In this document: in pieces, positions 16,733 through 27,500 of the stretch | Layout of the letters: the number at the start of each line of letters is the position of its first letter | How positions within the stretch are numbered: the first letter of the stretch is position 1 | DNA from: an uncultured virus (IMG/VR IMGVR_UViG_3300020048_000028) | Lineage: Duplodnaviria > Heunggongvirae > Uroviricota > Caudoviricetes | Direction: 5' to 3' (one strand) | DNA length: 64,000 nt | IMG/VR virus record: IMGVR_UViG_3300020048_000028 | Notes under the pieces: generated by a model | Database searches by the model: none | What the model saw: the letters and a program-made list of their open reading frames with translations, nothing else | Told to the model about the DNA's origin: nothing | Position numbers and translations under genes: made by a program

Positions 16733-19700
16733 ATGAAATTATTAGCACCCAACGGAAAGCCGAGCAATCTAACTCCCGAACAATATCGTTTGGTTCGCAC
16801 TCCTGCGTTCAAAGCGTGGTTTGGGGATTGGGAAAACTCACCTGAAACAGCAAGTAAGGTTGTTGATTCTAATGGAGAGCCTAAAGTAATGTATCATGGA
16901 AGTATATCAAAGTTTACTATTTACGATACAAAAAGAACTGATTCTGATTGGAGAAGTCCATTTGTATTTATAACAGATAGAAAGGAAATCGCAGAAATTT
17001 TCGCTAAACAACACAAAACAGAAAGAAAACAATCAGTAAAAGTATATGAACTTTTTGTTAATATGAAAAATCCATTTGATATTTTCAATAAAGTAGAACA
17101 TTATAATATCGCAACAAAAATAAATAAAAAATTATTTAATAAGAGCGAAGATACTTGGGCTTTTTTAGAAACGACAGAAATTACAAGAGCCATAAAAAAA
17201 GGAAATTTTGACGGAATACACACTACTGAAACAGTTACTATTGGAAAAAATAAAAATGGTGATTATGTCCATGAATTGATAGAAAACATTGGTGTATTCA
17301 AATCAAACCAAATAAAACTCGCAGACGGCACAAACACTACTTTTGATTCTAACAATCCTGATATTCGTTATAACAATGGTGGTTTAACAATGAAAGCACC
17401 AAAACTATTAGCACCCAATGGACAGCCAAGTAACCTAACTCCCGAACAATACCGACTTGTTCGCACTCCTGCTTTTAAAGCGTGGTTTGGAGATTGGGAA
17501 AATTCTCCCGAAACTGCAAGTAAGGTTATTGATGAAGAAACTAAAGAGCCTTTGGTGGTTTATCATGGTTATATGGTAGGTGGTGGTGCAGGAAACAAGT
17601 TTTATGAATTTAAAAATCTACCTGCCTTTTTTTCTAAAAATAGAGATTTTGCAGAACAATACGCTTCAACTAAAAGCATGGATGCAGGGCTTGATGCCGA
17701 TATTTATTCTTATGCTTGTTTCTTAAATATTAGAAAACTATTTGACTCAAAAGATAAATCTATAATTGATTTAGCTAATGATAAATTGCCCGAAAAAATA
17801 AGAGTATCTCACGGAACTATGTGGTTTTTAAGTGCTGATATGCCAAAAGAAGAAGTGTTAGAGCTAATGAATGGAATTATAACTATTCCAACTGATGATA
17901 TGGCAGAAGATATTTTAGCGTCTAATATTGGCGATGTTATTGCCGAAAAAGTTTCGGCTTCACAATACGAAGATAAAATTTTATTATACAAGGATAACGA
18001 TTGGGCTTATATAACTGATAAGAAATATTTTAATGAAGTTGTTGAATATGAAGTTGCTGAATATATTTATAATTCTTACTCAAGACCATACGAAAAAAAA
18101 ATAACATATCGAGGTAAGAATTTAGCTATGTTCATTTTAAATGAAGAAACATACTCATACGAATTTAATAAAGACACTTTGTTTTTAGAATATCTTGATG
18201 AAGTTGAAAAAATAAAAAAATACTACATTGACAATATTTTATATTTATTGGATAATGCTAAAAAAAGATTAACAATAGAAGTAACAAATAAAGCAGGTAA
18301 TAAAAAAAATTTTTATGTTAGAAAAATAAACTTAAAAACATATAAAACAACTACAAATAATAATTGGACAATGTTTGAAAATGATACTGTGCAAAAATTT
18401 TTAATTGACAATAATTTTGGGGGTTGGATTGCTTTGGAAAAAGGAGATAAGACTTACGCAGTTTATGATAATAAAAACATTAAACTTGCAGATGGTACAA
18501 ACACTACCTTTGATTCTAACAATCCTGATATAAGATACGAAATCGGTGGAATTTTTCAAGGAACTCCACATGAATTTGATAAATACTCTACTGATTATAT
18601 GGGAACAGGCGAAGGGCAGCAAGTTTTTGGTTGGGGATTGTATTTTACTGATATTAAAGATATTGCCAAGCAGTATGCTAAAAATGAATTATTGATTGAA
18701 AAAGAAATAGCTAAAAAATCAAATGATTCTGCTCATCTATGGATTTACTCAAATGTACCAAGCCAAGTTAAAGATAAATTAGCTTATTTAAAAAACGAGT
18801 TAAATGATTTGGAAGAAAAACAAAGTCAATATACTAAGTTAGATTTAGCTGATAAAATTAAAACTTATAGAGATTTAATTGATATAATTGAAAATTATAA
18901 AGGAAAGGTATATTCCGTAACTTTATTTAAAGGAGAGAATGAAAGTGATTATGATTTATTGCTATGGGATAGTCCTGTAAATGTTGAGCAATTAGAAAAG
19001 ATATTTATAGAAGCTGAAAAAATAGGAGGTATTCCTTTAAAAGAAGGGTGGTATTTTAGTGAAACTAAATATGGAATTACTCCTAAATTATTGGAAGCAG
19101 GATATAGTAATGTTAATTTATTTGATGAAAGAAGTTCAGTAGTAAGAGGAGATAGATTATATAGTCATTTAGCAAAAGAATTAGGTTCTGATAAAGAAGC
19201 AAGTTTGTTTCTTCTTCGTGCAGGTATTGATGGAATTAAATATAAGTCGGGAACTTTATCGGGCATGGAAGATAAAGAAGGATATAATTATGTTATTTTT
19301 GATGATGATGATGTTACTATTGAAAATAAGGAACTATATAAGAATGGAGGTTTAACAATGAAAAAAACTAAAGCTGAATTATTAGCACCTAACGGAAAGC
19401 CGAGCAACTTAGCTCCCGAACAATATCATTTGGTTCGCACCCCTGCATTTAAGGCATGGTTTGGCGATTGGGAAAATTTACCTGAAACGGCAAGTAAAAT
19501 ACTTGACGATAACGGAGAGCCTTTAGTTTGCTATCATGGAAGTAATAATGATTTCAATGAATTTAGGAGTGATGTTGGTTATTCGCATGATAAGGGTTTT
19601 TATGGTCGTGGGTTTTATTTTACATTTAATACTGATACTAAATGGATGAGCTATGCAAAAGGCGAGGCAGGTTATTATGGTTCAAAAATTAAAGATTTTT

Positions 19701-21040
19701 TTATTCAGTCTTATAATCCATTTGATATTAGTGAATTATCAGTATATAAAGGAGTTAGGATTAATTATGTTGGAGCTGAATCAATAGTTTTTTTGAGTAA
19801 TATTGCAAAAATGTTTCCTCAGCTTTCTGATAAAATAAAAGTTGAGCAAAAAAAATGGAATAGAAATACTCAAGAATATGATTTTATTGATTTACCAATA
19901 AGTGTTTTACCTAATCTTATAGAAGAATATAGTAAAAAAGTGAAAACTTTCATTACTGATGATAATTGGGGAAATAGAAATAAAGTAAGCGGTTATGTGA
20001 AAGCTGAAATAGTAGAATACGACTATACAAGTACGGGAGGAACTAAAGGTTCTTATGAAAGTATTGACACTTTAGACACTTATGATGATAAACTAAAAAA
20101 AGAAGAAATTGAAATTCTTTTGATTTGTGCTGCAATAGAAAAATATGACGGCATAGAAGCTCGTTATAATCCTGAAGGATATATGACAAGACTTCCTGAA
20201 ATTACAGATGCTATAAAAGAAAATCACGATAGTATTTTGCAAACTAAGTATGGAGATGAATTAGTTGCGTTTAAACCAACACAAATAAAGCTTGCTGACG
20301 GAACAAACACTACTTTTGATTCTAACAATCCTGATATAAGATACGCTCAAGGAGGTGGATTAGATAATGATGTTAAAGTGAAAATAATTGAAGATGATAG
20401 TTTAGCTGAAAAAGTTTACGATATTGTTCAAGATGATTTATCTGTCGCAGTACCAAGATTAGCACTTATTGAAAATGGTAAAGTTATCGGAGGAATATAT
20501 TTAGAACCTGCTCATGTTTTAGATGGCAAGAGAGAGCCTTTATGGGAATATAAGTTTGATATTTATATTAAGAGAAGTAAAAGAAAAAAAGGTTATTCAA
20601 AAATTCTTTTAGATGCTATGATTAAGGATTTTGTGGATAATTTCCATGATGCCGACCAAATAAGAGGAGAGGTTATTAACAATAGACTTGAAAAATCACT
20701 TATTAAAAATTATGGTTTTCATTGCGATAGTGGAAATCAAGAAGAAATTACTTATTGTTATTTATCAAGAGAAGATGCTATTGATTATTTAAAAAGAGGT
20801 AAATTTTCAAATGGAGGAAATACCAAAACATTACTTGAAATAATAAATACTGACGGAGAGCCGAATATTATAAATGATATTATTGATATAGGTGGATTTG
20901 ATGAGGTTTTATCAATAGAACAAGTAGAAAATAAATTAGGCAGAGAGATACATTGGTGGAACGATGATATTGTTTACCTTAGTGGCATAAAATATAAAAA
21001 AGTTTATTTACGTCCTGAATATAAAAAAGTTGTTGAATAA
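16733..21040 (+). CDS. polyvalent protein: 3 ART-like modules, one GxGxxxxGWGLYF ART-like module, GNAT-like module, C-terminal tag
   Basis: Repeated LAPNGKPSNL...WFGDWE...YHG...QIKLADGTNTTFDSNNPDIRY; KRKKGYSKILL acetyl-CoA-type motif. Confidence 0.8.
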   Translation: MKLLAPNGKPSNLTPEQYRLVRTPAFKAWFGDWENSPETASKVVDSNGEPKVMYHGSISKFTIYDTKRTDSDWRSPFVFITDRKEIAEIFAKQHKTERKQSVKVYELFVNMKNPFDIFNKVEHYNIATKINKKLFNKSEDTWAFLETTEITRAIKKGNFDGIHTTETVTIGKNKNGDYVHELIENIGVFKSNQIKLADGTNTTFDSNNPDIRYNNGGLTMKAPKLLAPNGQPSNLTPEQYRLVRTPAFKAWFGDWENSPETASKVIDEETKEPLVVYHGYMVGGGAGNKFYEFKNLPAFFSKNRDFAEQYASTKSMDAGLDADIYSYACFLNIRKLFDSKDKSIIDLANDKLPEKIRVSHGTMWFLSADMPKEEVLELMNGIITIPTDDMAEDILASNIGDVIAEKVSASQYEDKILLYKDNDWAYITDKKYFNEVVEYEVAEYIYNSYSRPYEKKITYRGKNLAMFILNEETYSYEFNKDTLFLEYLDEVEKIKKYYIDNILYLLDNAKKRLTIEVTNKAGNKKNFYVRKINLKTYKTTTNNNWTMFENDTVQKFLIDNNFGGWIALEKGDKTYAVYDNKNIKLADGTNTTFDSNNPDIRYEIGGIFQGTPHEFDKYSTDYMGTGEGQQVFGWGLYFTDIKDIAKQYAKNELLIEKEIAKKSNDSAHLWIYSNVPSQVKDKLAYLKNELNDLEEKQSQYTKLDLADKIKTYRDLIDIIENYKGKVYSVTLFKGENESDYDLLLWDSPVNVEQLEKIFIEAEKIGGIPLKEGWYFSETKYGITPKLLEAGYSNVNLFDERSSVVRGDRLYSHLAKELGSDKEASLFLLRAGIDGIKYKSGTLSGMEDKEGYNYVIFDDDDVTIENKELYKNGGLTMKKTKAELLAPNGKPSNLAPEQYHLVRTPAFKAWFGDWENLPETASKILDDNGEPLVCYHGSNNDFNEFRSDVGYSHDKGFYGRGFYFTFNTDTKWMSYAKGEAGYYGSKIKDFFIQSYNPFDISELSVYKGVRINYVGAESIVFLSNIAKMFPQLSDKIKVEQKKWNRNTQEYDFIDLPISVLPNLIEEYSKKVKTFITDDNWGNRNKVSGYVKAEIVEYDYTSTGGTKGSYESIDTLDTYDDKLKKEEIEILLICAAIEKYDGIEARYNPEGYMTRLPEITDAIKENHDSILQTKYGDELVAFKPTQIKLADGTNTTFDSNNPDIRYAQGGGLDNDVKVKIIEDDSLAEKVYDIVQDDLSVAVPRLALIENGKVIGGIYLEPAHVLDGKREPLWEYKFDIYIKRSKRKKGYSKILLDAMIKDFVDNFHDADQIRGEVINNRLEKSLIKNYGFHCDSGNQEEITYCYLSREDAIDYLKRGKFSNGGNTKTLLEIINTDGEPNIINDIIDIGGFDEVLSIEQVENKLGREIHWWNDDIVYLSGIKYKKVYLRPEYKKVVE

Positions 21041-23964
21041 TGAATTTAGCACCCAACGGAAAGCCGAGCAATCTTAATCCCGAACAATACCGACTTGTTC
21101 GCACTCCTGCATTTAAAGAATGGTTTGGAGATTGGGAAAGTGCCTATGAAACAGGAAATTATGATAATGTTTCAAAAGTTATTGATAAAAACGCAGAGCC
21201 TAAAGTATTGTTTCATGGTTCACCTGATATTGATAAAATTAATGTTTTCAAATCAAGTAAAGGTTTTGATTATAGTTTTTTTGCAAATGATTTTCATGAA
21301 GCATTAAGATATACTCCTAATGGTAATGATAGAAATAAAGTAAAATCATTTTTTGTAAATTCATTAAAAAAATTCGATTGTGAAAATCTAAATGAAAAAG
21401 AAATAAATGATATAAAAAAATTACTAAATATTGACTCTGTTAAAGAAGTTTTTTTTAAACATATTAAAGATATAGGTTTTAGTAAAGATTCATATAAGGA
21501 AGAATTGGGATATGAGCGATTAAATGATGATGATTTTTTATTTAAAATATTTATACAGGGTGGTGATAATTGGGTTATAATTGAACATCCTATAATTCAG
21601 AATTATATAAAATCAAACGGTTATGATTCTTTTACAACTTTAGAAGGTGATAATGGTAATATTGCTGTTTATAATCCTAATCAAATAAAGCTTTCCGATG
21701 GTACTAATACTACATTTGATTCTAACAATCCTGACATAAGATATAATAATGGTGGAGATATTGAAGAACCTACTGAGTTTTGGGGAGAATCGGCAGCAGG
21801 AGTATTATTAATTTGTAATAAAACAAATAGAGTTTTATTGTTTCATAGAAGTGAAGATGTTTACGAGCCTGAAACTTGGGGAATTATAAGTGGTAAAATA
21901 GATGAAGATGAAAATCCTAAAGAGGCTATTTTAAGAGAGCTTATTGAGGAAACGAAATTTAGTGAAAAAGAAGTAAAAAGTATTGTTTTAAAGCCGTCTT
22001 ATGTTTATAAAAAAGGAAGCTTTACTTTTTATAATTACTTAGGTTTTGTTGATAGTGAATTTACTCCAACTCTTAATTGGGAAAATACCGATTATAAATG
22101 GTGCGACATAGGAGATTATCCTCAGCCATTACATTTTGGCGTTTCGTTATTATTAAAAAATATTGATTTAAAAAAAGAGTTATACAAAAAAACAATAAAA
22201 AAGAAATTATTAGCACCCAACGGAAAGCCGAGCAATCTAAATGAAGTTCAACATTATTTGGTTCGCACCCCTGAATTTAAAAAATGGTTTGGTGATTGGG
22301 AATTATTGTATCAATACAAAGACAGATACACATACGAAGGACATGATAGATTATTTGGGCAACCAAAAATAGGAAATGAATACGATTTAGTTGATGGTAC
22401 AAAAGCAAAATTGTTAAGTTTAGATAAAGAAAAAGGACAATATGAAGTTTTAATTTATGGAAAAAAACAATTCATTTCTTTCAGAAGAATGCTTTATTTG
22501 TATTCAGGAATACCTGATGTTTTTACTGAAGAACGACTATTAGAAATAAGTAAAGTCGTTGATTCTAACGGAGAGCCTTTAGTGGTATATCATGCAACTG
22601 ATAATAAATTTTGGGAATTTAAAAAAGAAAAACAAATTGTTGGCTATTATGGAAAAGGCTTTTATTTTTCAAGTAGTTTGGAAAAATCAAAAGATTATGG
22701 CAAAAGAGTAATACCTGCATTTTTAAATATAAAATCTGTTTTCACTTTATCTGATGAAACTCCACAAGAATTATTAAATGAATTAGCAGAAACAGATTTT
22801 GAAGTTCCATCATCTCCATCGCAATTAGGTTGGCGTGAAGAAAACGACATAGAACAAAGGTCAAAATATACTTTTGGGTATGCTTCTGAAAATTCAGATG
22901 TGTTTATGAGGAATCTTATTAAGAATGGTTTCTATGGTATAAAAATGACTTATGACTTTAAAAATGAAATAAATTTTTTTATTGCATTTGAACCCAATCA
23001 AATTAAATTAGCAGATGGCACTAATACTACCTTTGATTCTAATAATAATGATATAAGATACAAAAAAGGAGGAGAATTAGAACTATATCATGGAGGTCAA
23101 AAGGTTTTTAAGAAATTTAAAACCAATTTAGTTGATAGAATTGATTACGGTTGGGGTTTATATTTTTCTGATTCCGAAGAAGTTGCAAAATATTATGCAA
23201 GACGACCTTTTGATAGACCATTAATATTTAAAACTATATGGGATTCTGATTTAAGTTTAGATGAAAAAGGTGATGTATTATATTGCGTTAGGCAAAATCT
23301 ACTTGATATTCAAAAATCAAAAAAAGAATTAAATGAAAAGTTTTATCCATTATTAGATAAAATAGAACAAATTGTAAAAAACAAAGGAGTTGTTTATAAG
23401 GTAGATGTAGAAAAAGGAAGGTGGCTTGATTGGGATAAAAAAGTTCCTGAATACATACGTTTAATGTTTGCTGATATTAAGTCCGAATTTTTTGAAAGTG
23501 GAGAAGATTTATATAACTATTTAAGTAGAAAAGAACAATCCGAAAAAAAAGCTTCTATTATTTTACTTAATAAAGGTATTGAAGGCATAAAATATAAAAT
23601 ATCTAATAATATAACTAATACCAATATAAAAGGTTATAATTATGTAATCTTTGACGATGATTATATTAAAGTAAAAGAAGTTTTTAGATATAATAACGGA
23701 GGAGAATTTAAAGAAGTAGTATGCAGCTCATGTGGTTGGGGTTGGAATAAGCACGAAAGTGAAGAAGATGAAATATATGTGTGCCATAAATGCGGAACTG
23801 ATAATAACCCTGCTCATAAAGTTTCCGATTTACTTTCTTCACAAGAAGTTGAGTATAAGTTAGGCAGAAAGCTTGATTGGTGGAACGATGATATTGTTTA
23901 CCTTAGTGGCATAAAATACAAAAAAGTTTACTTACGACCTGAATATAAAAAAGTTATTGAATAA
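21040..23964 (+). CDS. polyvalent protein: ART-like, Nudix, ART-like, ART-like, Zn ribbon, C-terminal tag
   Basis: Nudix box GKIDEDENPKEAILRELIEET; CSSC...CHKC; same ART flanks as 16733. Confidence 0.8.
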   Translation: MNLAPNGKPSNLNPEQYRLVRTPAFKEWFGDWESAYETGNYDNVSKVIDKNAEPKVLFHGSPDIDKINVFKSSKGFDYSFFANDFHEALRYTPNGNDRNKVKSFFVNSLKKFDCENLNEKEINDIKKLLNIDSVKEVFFKHIKDIGFSKDSYKEELGYERLNDDDFLFKIFIQGGDNWVIIEHPIIQNYIKSNGYDSFTTLEGDNGNIAVYNPNQIKLSDGTNTTFDSNNPDIRYNNGGDIEEPTEFWGESAAGVLLICNKTNRVLLFHRSEDVYEPETWGIISGKIDEDENPKEAILRELIEETKFSEKEVKSIVLKPSYVYKKGSFTFYNYLGFVDSEFTPTLNWENTDYKWCDIGDYPQPLHFGVSLLLKNIDLKKELYKKTIKKKLLAPNGKPSNLNEVQHYLVRTPEFKKWFGDWELLYQYKDRYTYEGHDRLFGQPKIGNEYDLVDGTKAKLLSLDKEKGQYEVLIYGKKQFISFRRMLYLYSGIPDVFTEERLLEISKVVDSNGEPLVVYHATDNKFWEFKKEKQIVGYYGKGFYFSSSLEKSKDYGKRVIPAFLNIKSVFTLSDETPQELLNELAETDFEVPSSPSQLGWREENDIEQRSKYTFGYASENSDVFMRNLIKNGFYGIKMTYDFKNEINFFIAFEPNQIKLADGTNTTFDSNNNDIRYKKGGELELYHGGQKVFKKFKTNLVDRIDYGWGLYFSDSEEVAKYYARRPFDRPLIFKTIWDSDLSLDEKGDVLYCVRQNLLDIQKSKKELNEKFYPLLDKIEQIVKNKGVVYKVDVEKGRWLDWDKKVPEYIRLMFADIKSEFFESGEDLYNYLSRKEQSEKKASIILLNKGIEGIKYKISNNITNTNIKGYNYVIFDDDYIKVKEVFRYNNGGEFKEVVCSSCGWGWNKHESEEDEIYVCHKCGTDNNPAHKVSDLLSSQEVEYKLGRKLDWWNDDIVYLSGIKYKKVYLRPEYKKVIE

Positions 23965-23976
23965 ATTAAGATTATT

Positions 23977-24591
23977 ATGTATAAACCTGTATTATTACCC
24001 TACTCATATTCGGACTTAGAGCCGTCTATTGATGCTGAAACAATGAATGTTCATTATAATAAGCACTATTTAGGCTATCTAAATAATTTGAATGATGAAT
24101 TTAAAAAGTATGATTTACCTATTTTACCTATTCAAACATTAATTAAGAATATTGATGATTTTTCGCAAAATGTTCGTAATAATGCAGGTGGGTATTATAA
24201 TCACTCTTTGTTTTGGAAAATGCTAACTCCTATAAACAATAAATCTAACAATTTACCAATAGGTATTTCCAAAAATATAATTGATAGAGATTTCGGTAGC
24301 TTTGCAATGTTTAAAAAATTAATTGAAAATACTGCGAAAAAAAGATTTGGTTCGGGGTGGGTATGGTGGATAGTTATGCCTAATGGACATACAAAAATTG
24401 TTGAAACTCCTTATCAAGATAATCCACAAATGTATTATAATTGTCATATATTATTAGGTATTGATGTTTGGGAACACGCTTATTACTTAAAATATAAAGC
24501 AGATAGAATGAAATATGTAAACAATATTTTTGATATAATTAATTGGGATTATTGTAATAAAATTCTTTCACTTTTTTTATATAAAAAATAA
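23977..24591 (+). CDS. sod: Fe/Mn superoxide dismutase
   Basis: HYNKH, NHSLFW, FGSGW, DVWEHAYY. Confidence 0.95.
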   Translation: MYKPVLLPYSYSDLEPSIDAETMNVHYNKHYLGYLNNLNDEFKKYDLPILPIQTLIKNIDDFSQNVRNNAGGYYNHSLFWKMLTPINNKSNNLPIGISKNIIDRDFGSFAMFKKLIENTAKKRFGSGWVWWIVMPNGHTKIVETPYQDNPQMYYNCHILLGIDVWEHAYYLKYKADRMKYVNNIFDIINWDYCNKILSLFLYKK

Positions 24592-27500
24592 TGAATTTAG
24601 CACCCAACGGAAAACCTACAAATCTAACTCCCGAACAATACCGACTTGTTCGCACTCCTGCGTTTAAAGAATGGTTTGGCGATTGGGAAAATTCTCCCGA
24701 AACTGCAAGTAAAGTAGTTGATGAGAATGGTGAGCCTCTCGTAGTATATCATGGAACAACAAATAAAAACATTAACATATTTAGACCATTATCATATTTT
24801 ACTGAAAACTATTCGTATGCGAAAGTGTATGGACTTGGATTACAATATTCTGATGAAATGGATGATGAAGAATATGATGAAATAATAAATAGAGGTGAAG
24901 AAAATGTTTATAGTGTTTTTTTAAATATCGTTAATCCCCTTAAAGTAGACAGGGATTTTTTTACTGATAATTTTGAAGGTAGCACTAAAGTAAAAATATC
25001 AAAAATAGATGGGTATGATGGAATGATTAACACTATACCAAAAACGTATAGTCCATTTTATAAAGAAAATGAAAATCAATTTTTGATATTTAATTCTAAC
25101 CAAATAAAACTCGCAGATGGCACAAACACTACCTTTGATTCTAACAATCCTGATATAAGATACTCTAATGGAGGTGGCATAAGACCATTTACCTATGATG
25201 GAAATAAAAATGTTGTTTATTCAACAAGAGATTATAAGATAGCCGTAGATAATGTTAATAATGCAAGATATATTACTCTTTGGTTTGTTAATTCATTATA
25301 TGATTTAGATGTTAAAGTCGGTTCGTTGGCATTATATAAAACCGAAGATGATTTTTTAAAAGTTAGTGAAATTGATATTCAAAAATCGCATAGAGGTAAA
25401 GGCATGGCGACTAAAATGTATTTAATGGCTTTAAAATATTCTGCCGATAATATTAAAGGAATTAAATCCTATCTACCTGATAGAGTTAATAAAAGACAAA
25501 TACCAAAAATATACAAGGCTTTAAATGCAAAGAATGGAGATGATGATTACGCTTATATATATAAAGCTGATAATTTAGGTAAATTTAAAAAAGGAGGTTC
25601 TGTGAATTTATCAAAAACTCCTGCACCAAAGAAAGATAGAATTTATGGTTCAAGTAAAAACAAGCCAAAATCTTCTGAAAGTAAATCTAAGGCGAGTTCA
25701 ATTATTTTAAACCCTACTGTACTAAAGTCAATTAATACTATTCTAAAAGAGCATAATGAAGATTTCCCAAAGAAAAAAGTTCCTTTATCTACTGCAAAAG
25801 CTGTTGTAAGGAGAGGTATGGGAGCTTTTAGTTCAAGTTATAGACCTACAATAAGTGGAGGGAAACCTAATTCAAGAGTTGCTTGGGGATTGGCAAGATT
25901 AAAAGCGTTTGTTTATAAAATTCAAAAAGGTTATTCTAAATCAGGTAAATACAAACAAGATAACGATTTGATAGAGGAGCTTGGTTACAAGTATAATGAA
26001 TATAAAAACGGAGGACAAATGGAAGATGATAAAACTTTTGAATTAATTACTTATTTTGTAACAGCAGAAACAGATAGGGATTCAAGTAATATTTATAAAG
26101 GAACAGACTACGAAAGAGCTAAATTGGAATTTGATAGTGCTAATATTAGTGATTTTGATGGAGGAAACGGTGGAATGGTTTTATTTCAAAAAGTACTAAA
26201 TAAATATAAGTTTATAGGAGATTTAGAAGATGGGTATTATGAGCTTTCAGATTTTCCTATTGAAGATTATTATAAGGATAAAGATTATTATGAAATAATA
26301 GAAAATGGAGAATTTGAGCATATTGATTCTAAAGATGTAACTCATATAAACTATGAAAGCAATGATTTATTGCATGATGTAGAATCTTATTATCAAAAAA
26401 CTTATGGCAAATGGAAATACAATGAAATTACAGTTGACAATGGTAAAGATGAAAATGACGATGATTATAAAGAATATGGCTGTATTCAATTAAGAATAAC
26501 TAATCATTCTGAAAATGTAAATAATAATGATAAATTTGGTCGTTGTGATTATTATATATCTGTTGTTATTGCAAATAGAAATCCAACAAAAGACAAATTT
26601 TTAACGTCAATGTATGAAAGGAGAAGAAACGAAATAGAACTAAATTTTGATAGTGATGATTCTTTTGATGAAATAATTAATGAAATTGATTCTGAAATTG
26701 CTAATGGTAAATTATATATTGCAGAAAAATTAGACATATCAGTTAATGATGTATATAAAAATGGTGGAGAAATGAAAAAATTAGATGATTTATATAAAGA
26801 CCATCATAACGTTTGGGCTATATCGGAAAAAATTATAAAAAACGTATGTGAAGAAAACTGCTCAAAGTATTCTGATGAAATACATTATTTATATGAATTA
26901 GAGCTTAAACCTCATTTTATTGAGGAGGAGAAAGTATTTTTTCCGAGTGTTATCAATGAAAATAACAAAGATTTAATTAAAGAATTAATAAAAGAGCATC
27001 ATTTAATTAAGTTCTTAGCACAAAAAATTAAATTAAGTAAAAAAACTAAGGACATAAAAGATTTTTGTAACCTGATGATTGAGCATATCAGGAAGGAAGA
27101 ATTGATAATGAAAACTATATCTAATGACCCTTATAAAAATACGGCTTTTAGAAACGGTGGCTTAACAATGAAAGCACCAAGCCAAATAAATAAAATGCCA
27201 AGTTTTATTGCACCAAACGGGAATACAAGTAATCTTATAAGTATTAAAGCAGAAGATGAAAATGGTAGATGGGTTTATTTATACGATATAGTAAGAACTC
27301 CTGCATTTAAAAATTGGTTTGGAGATTGGGAAGAAGCTTATGCAACAAAAGATTATGAGGGAGTTTCTAAAATAATTGACGAAAATGGAGAACCGAGTGT
27401 GTGCTATCATGCTACGTCAAATGAATTTTTTGAATTTGATGAAAATTATATTGGTAGTAAAACTGATTCAGGCTATTACGGAAAGGGTTTCTATTTTACC

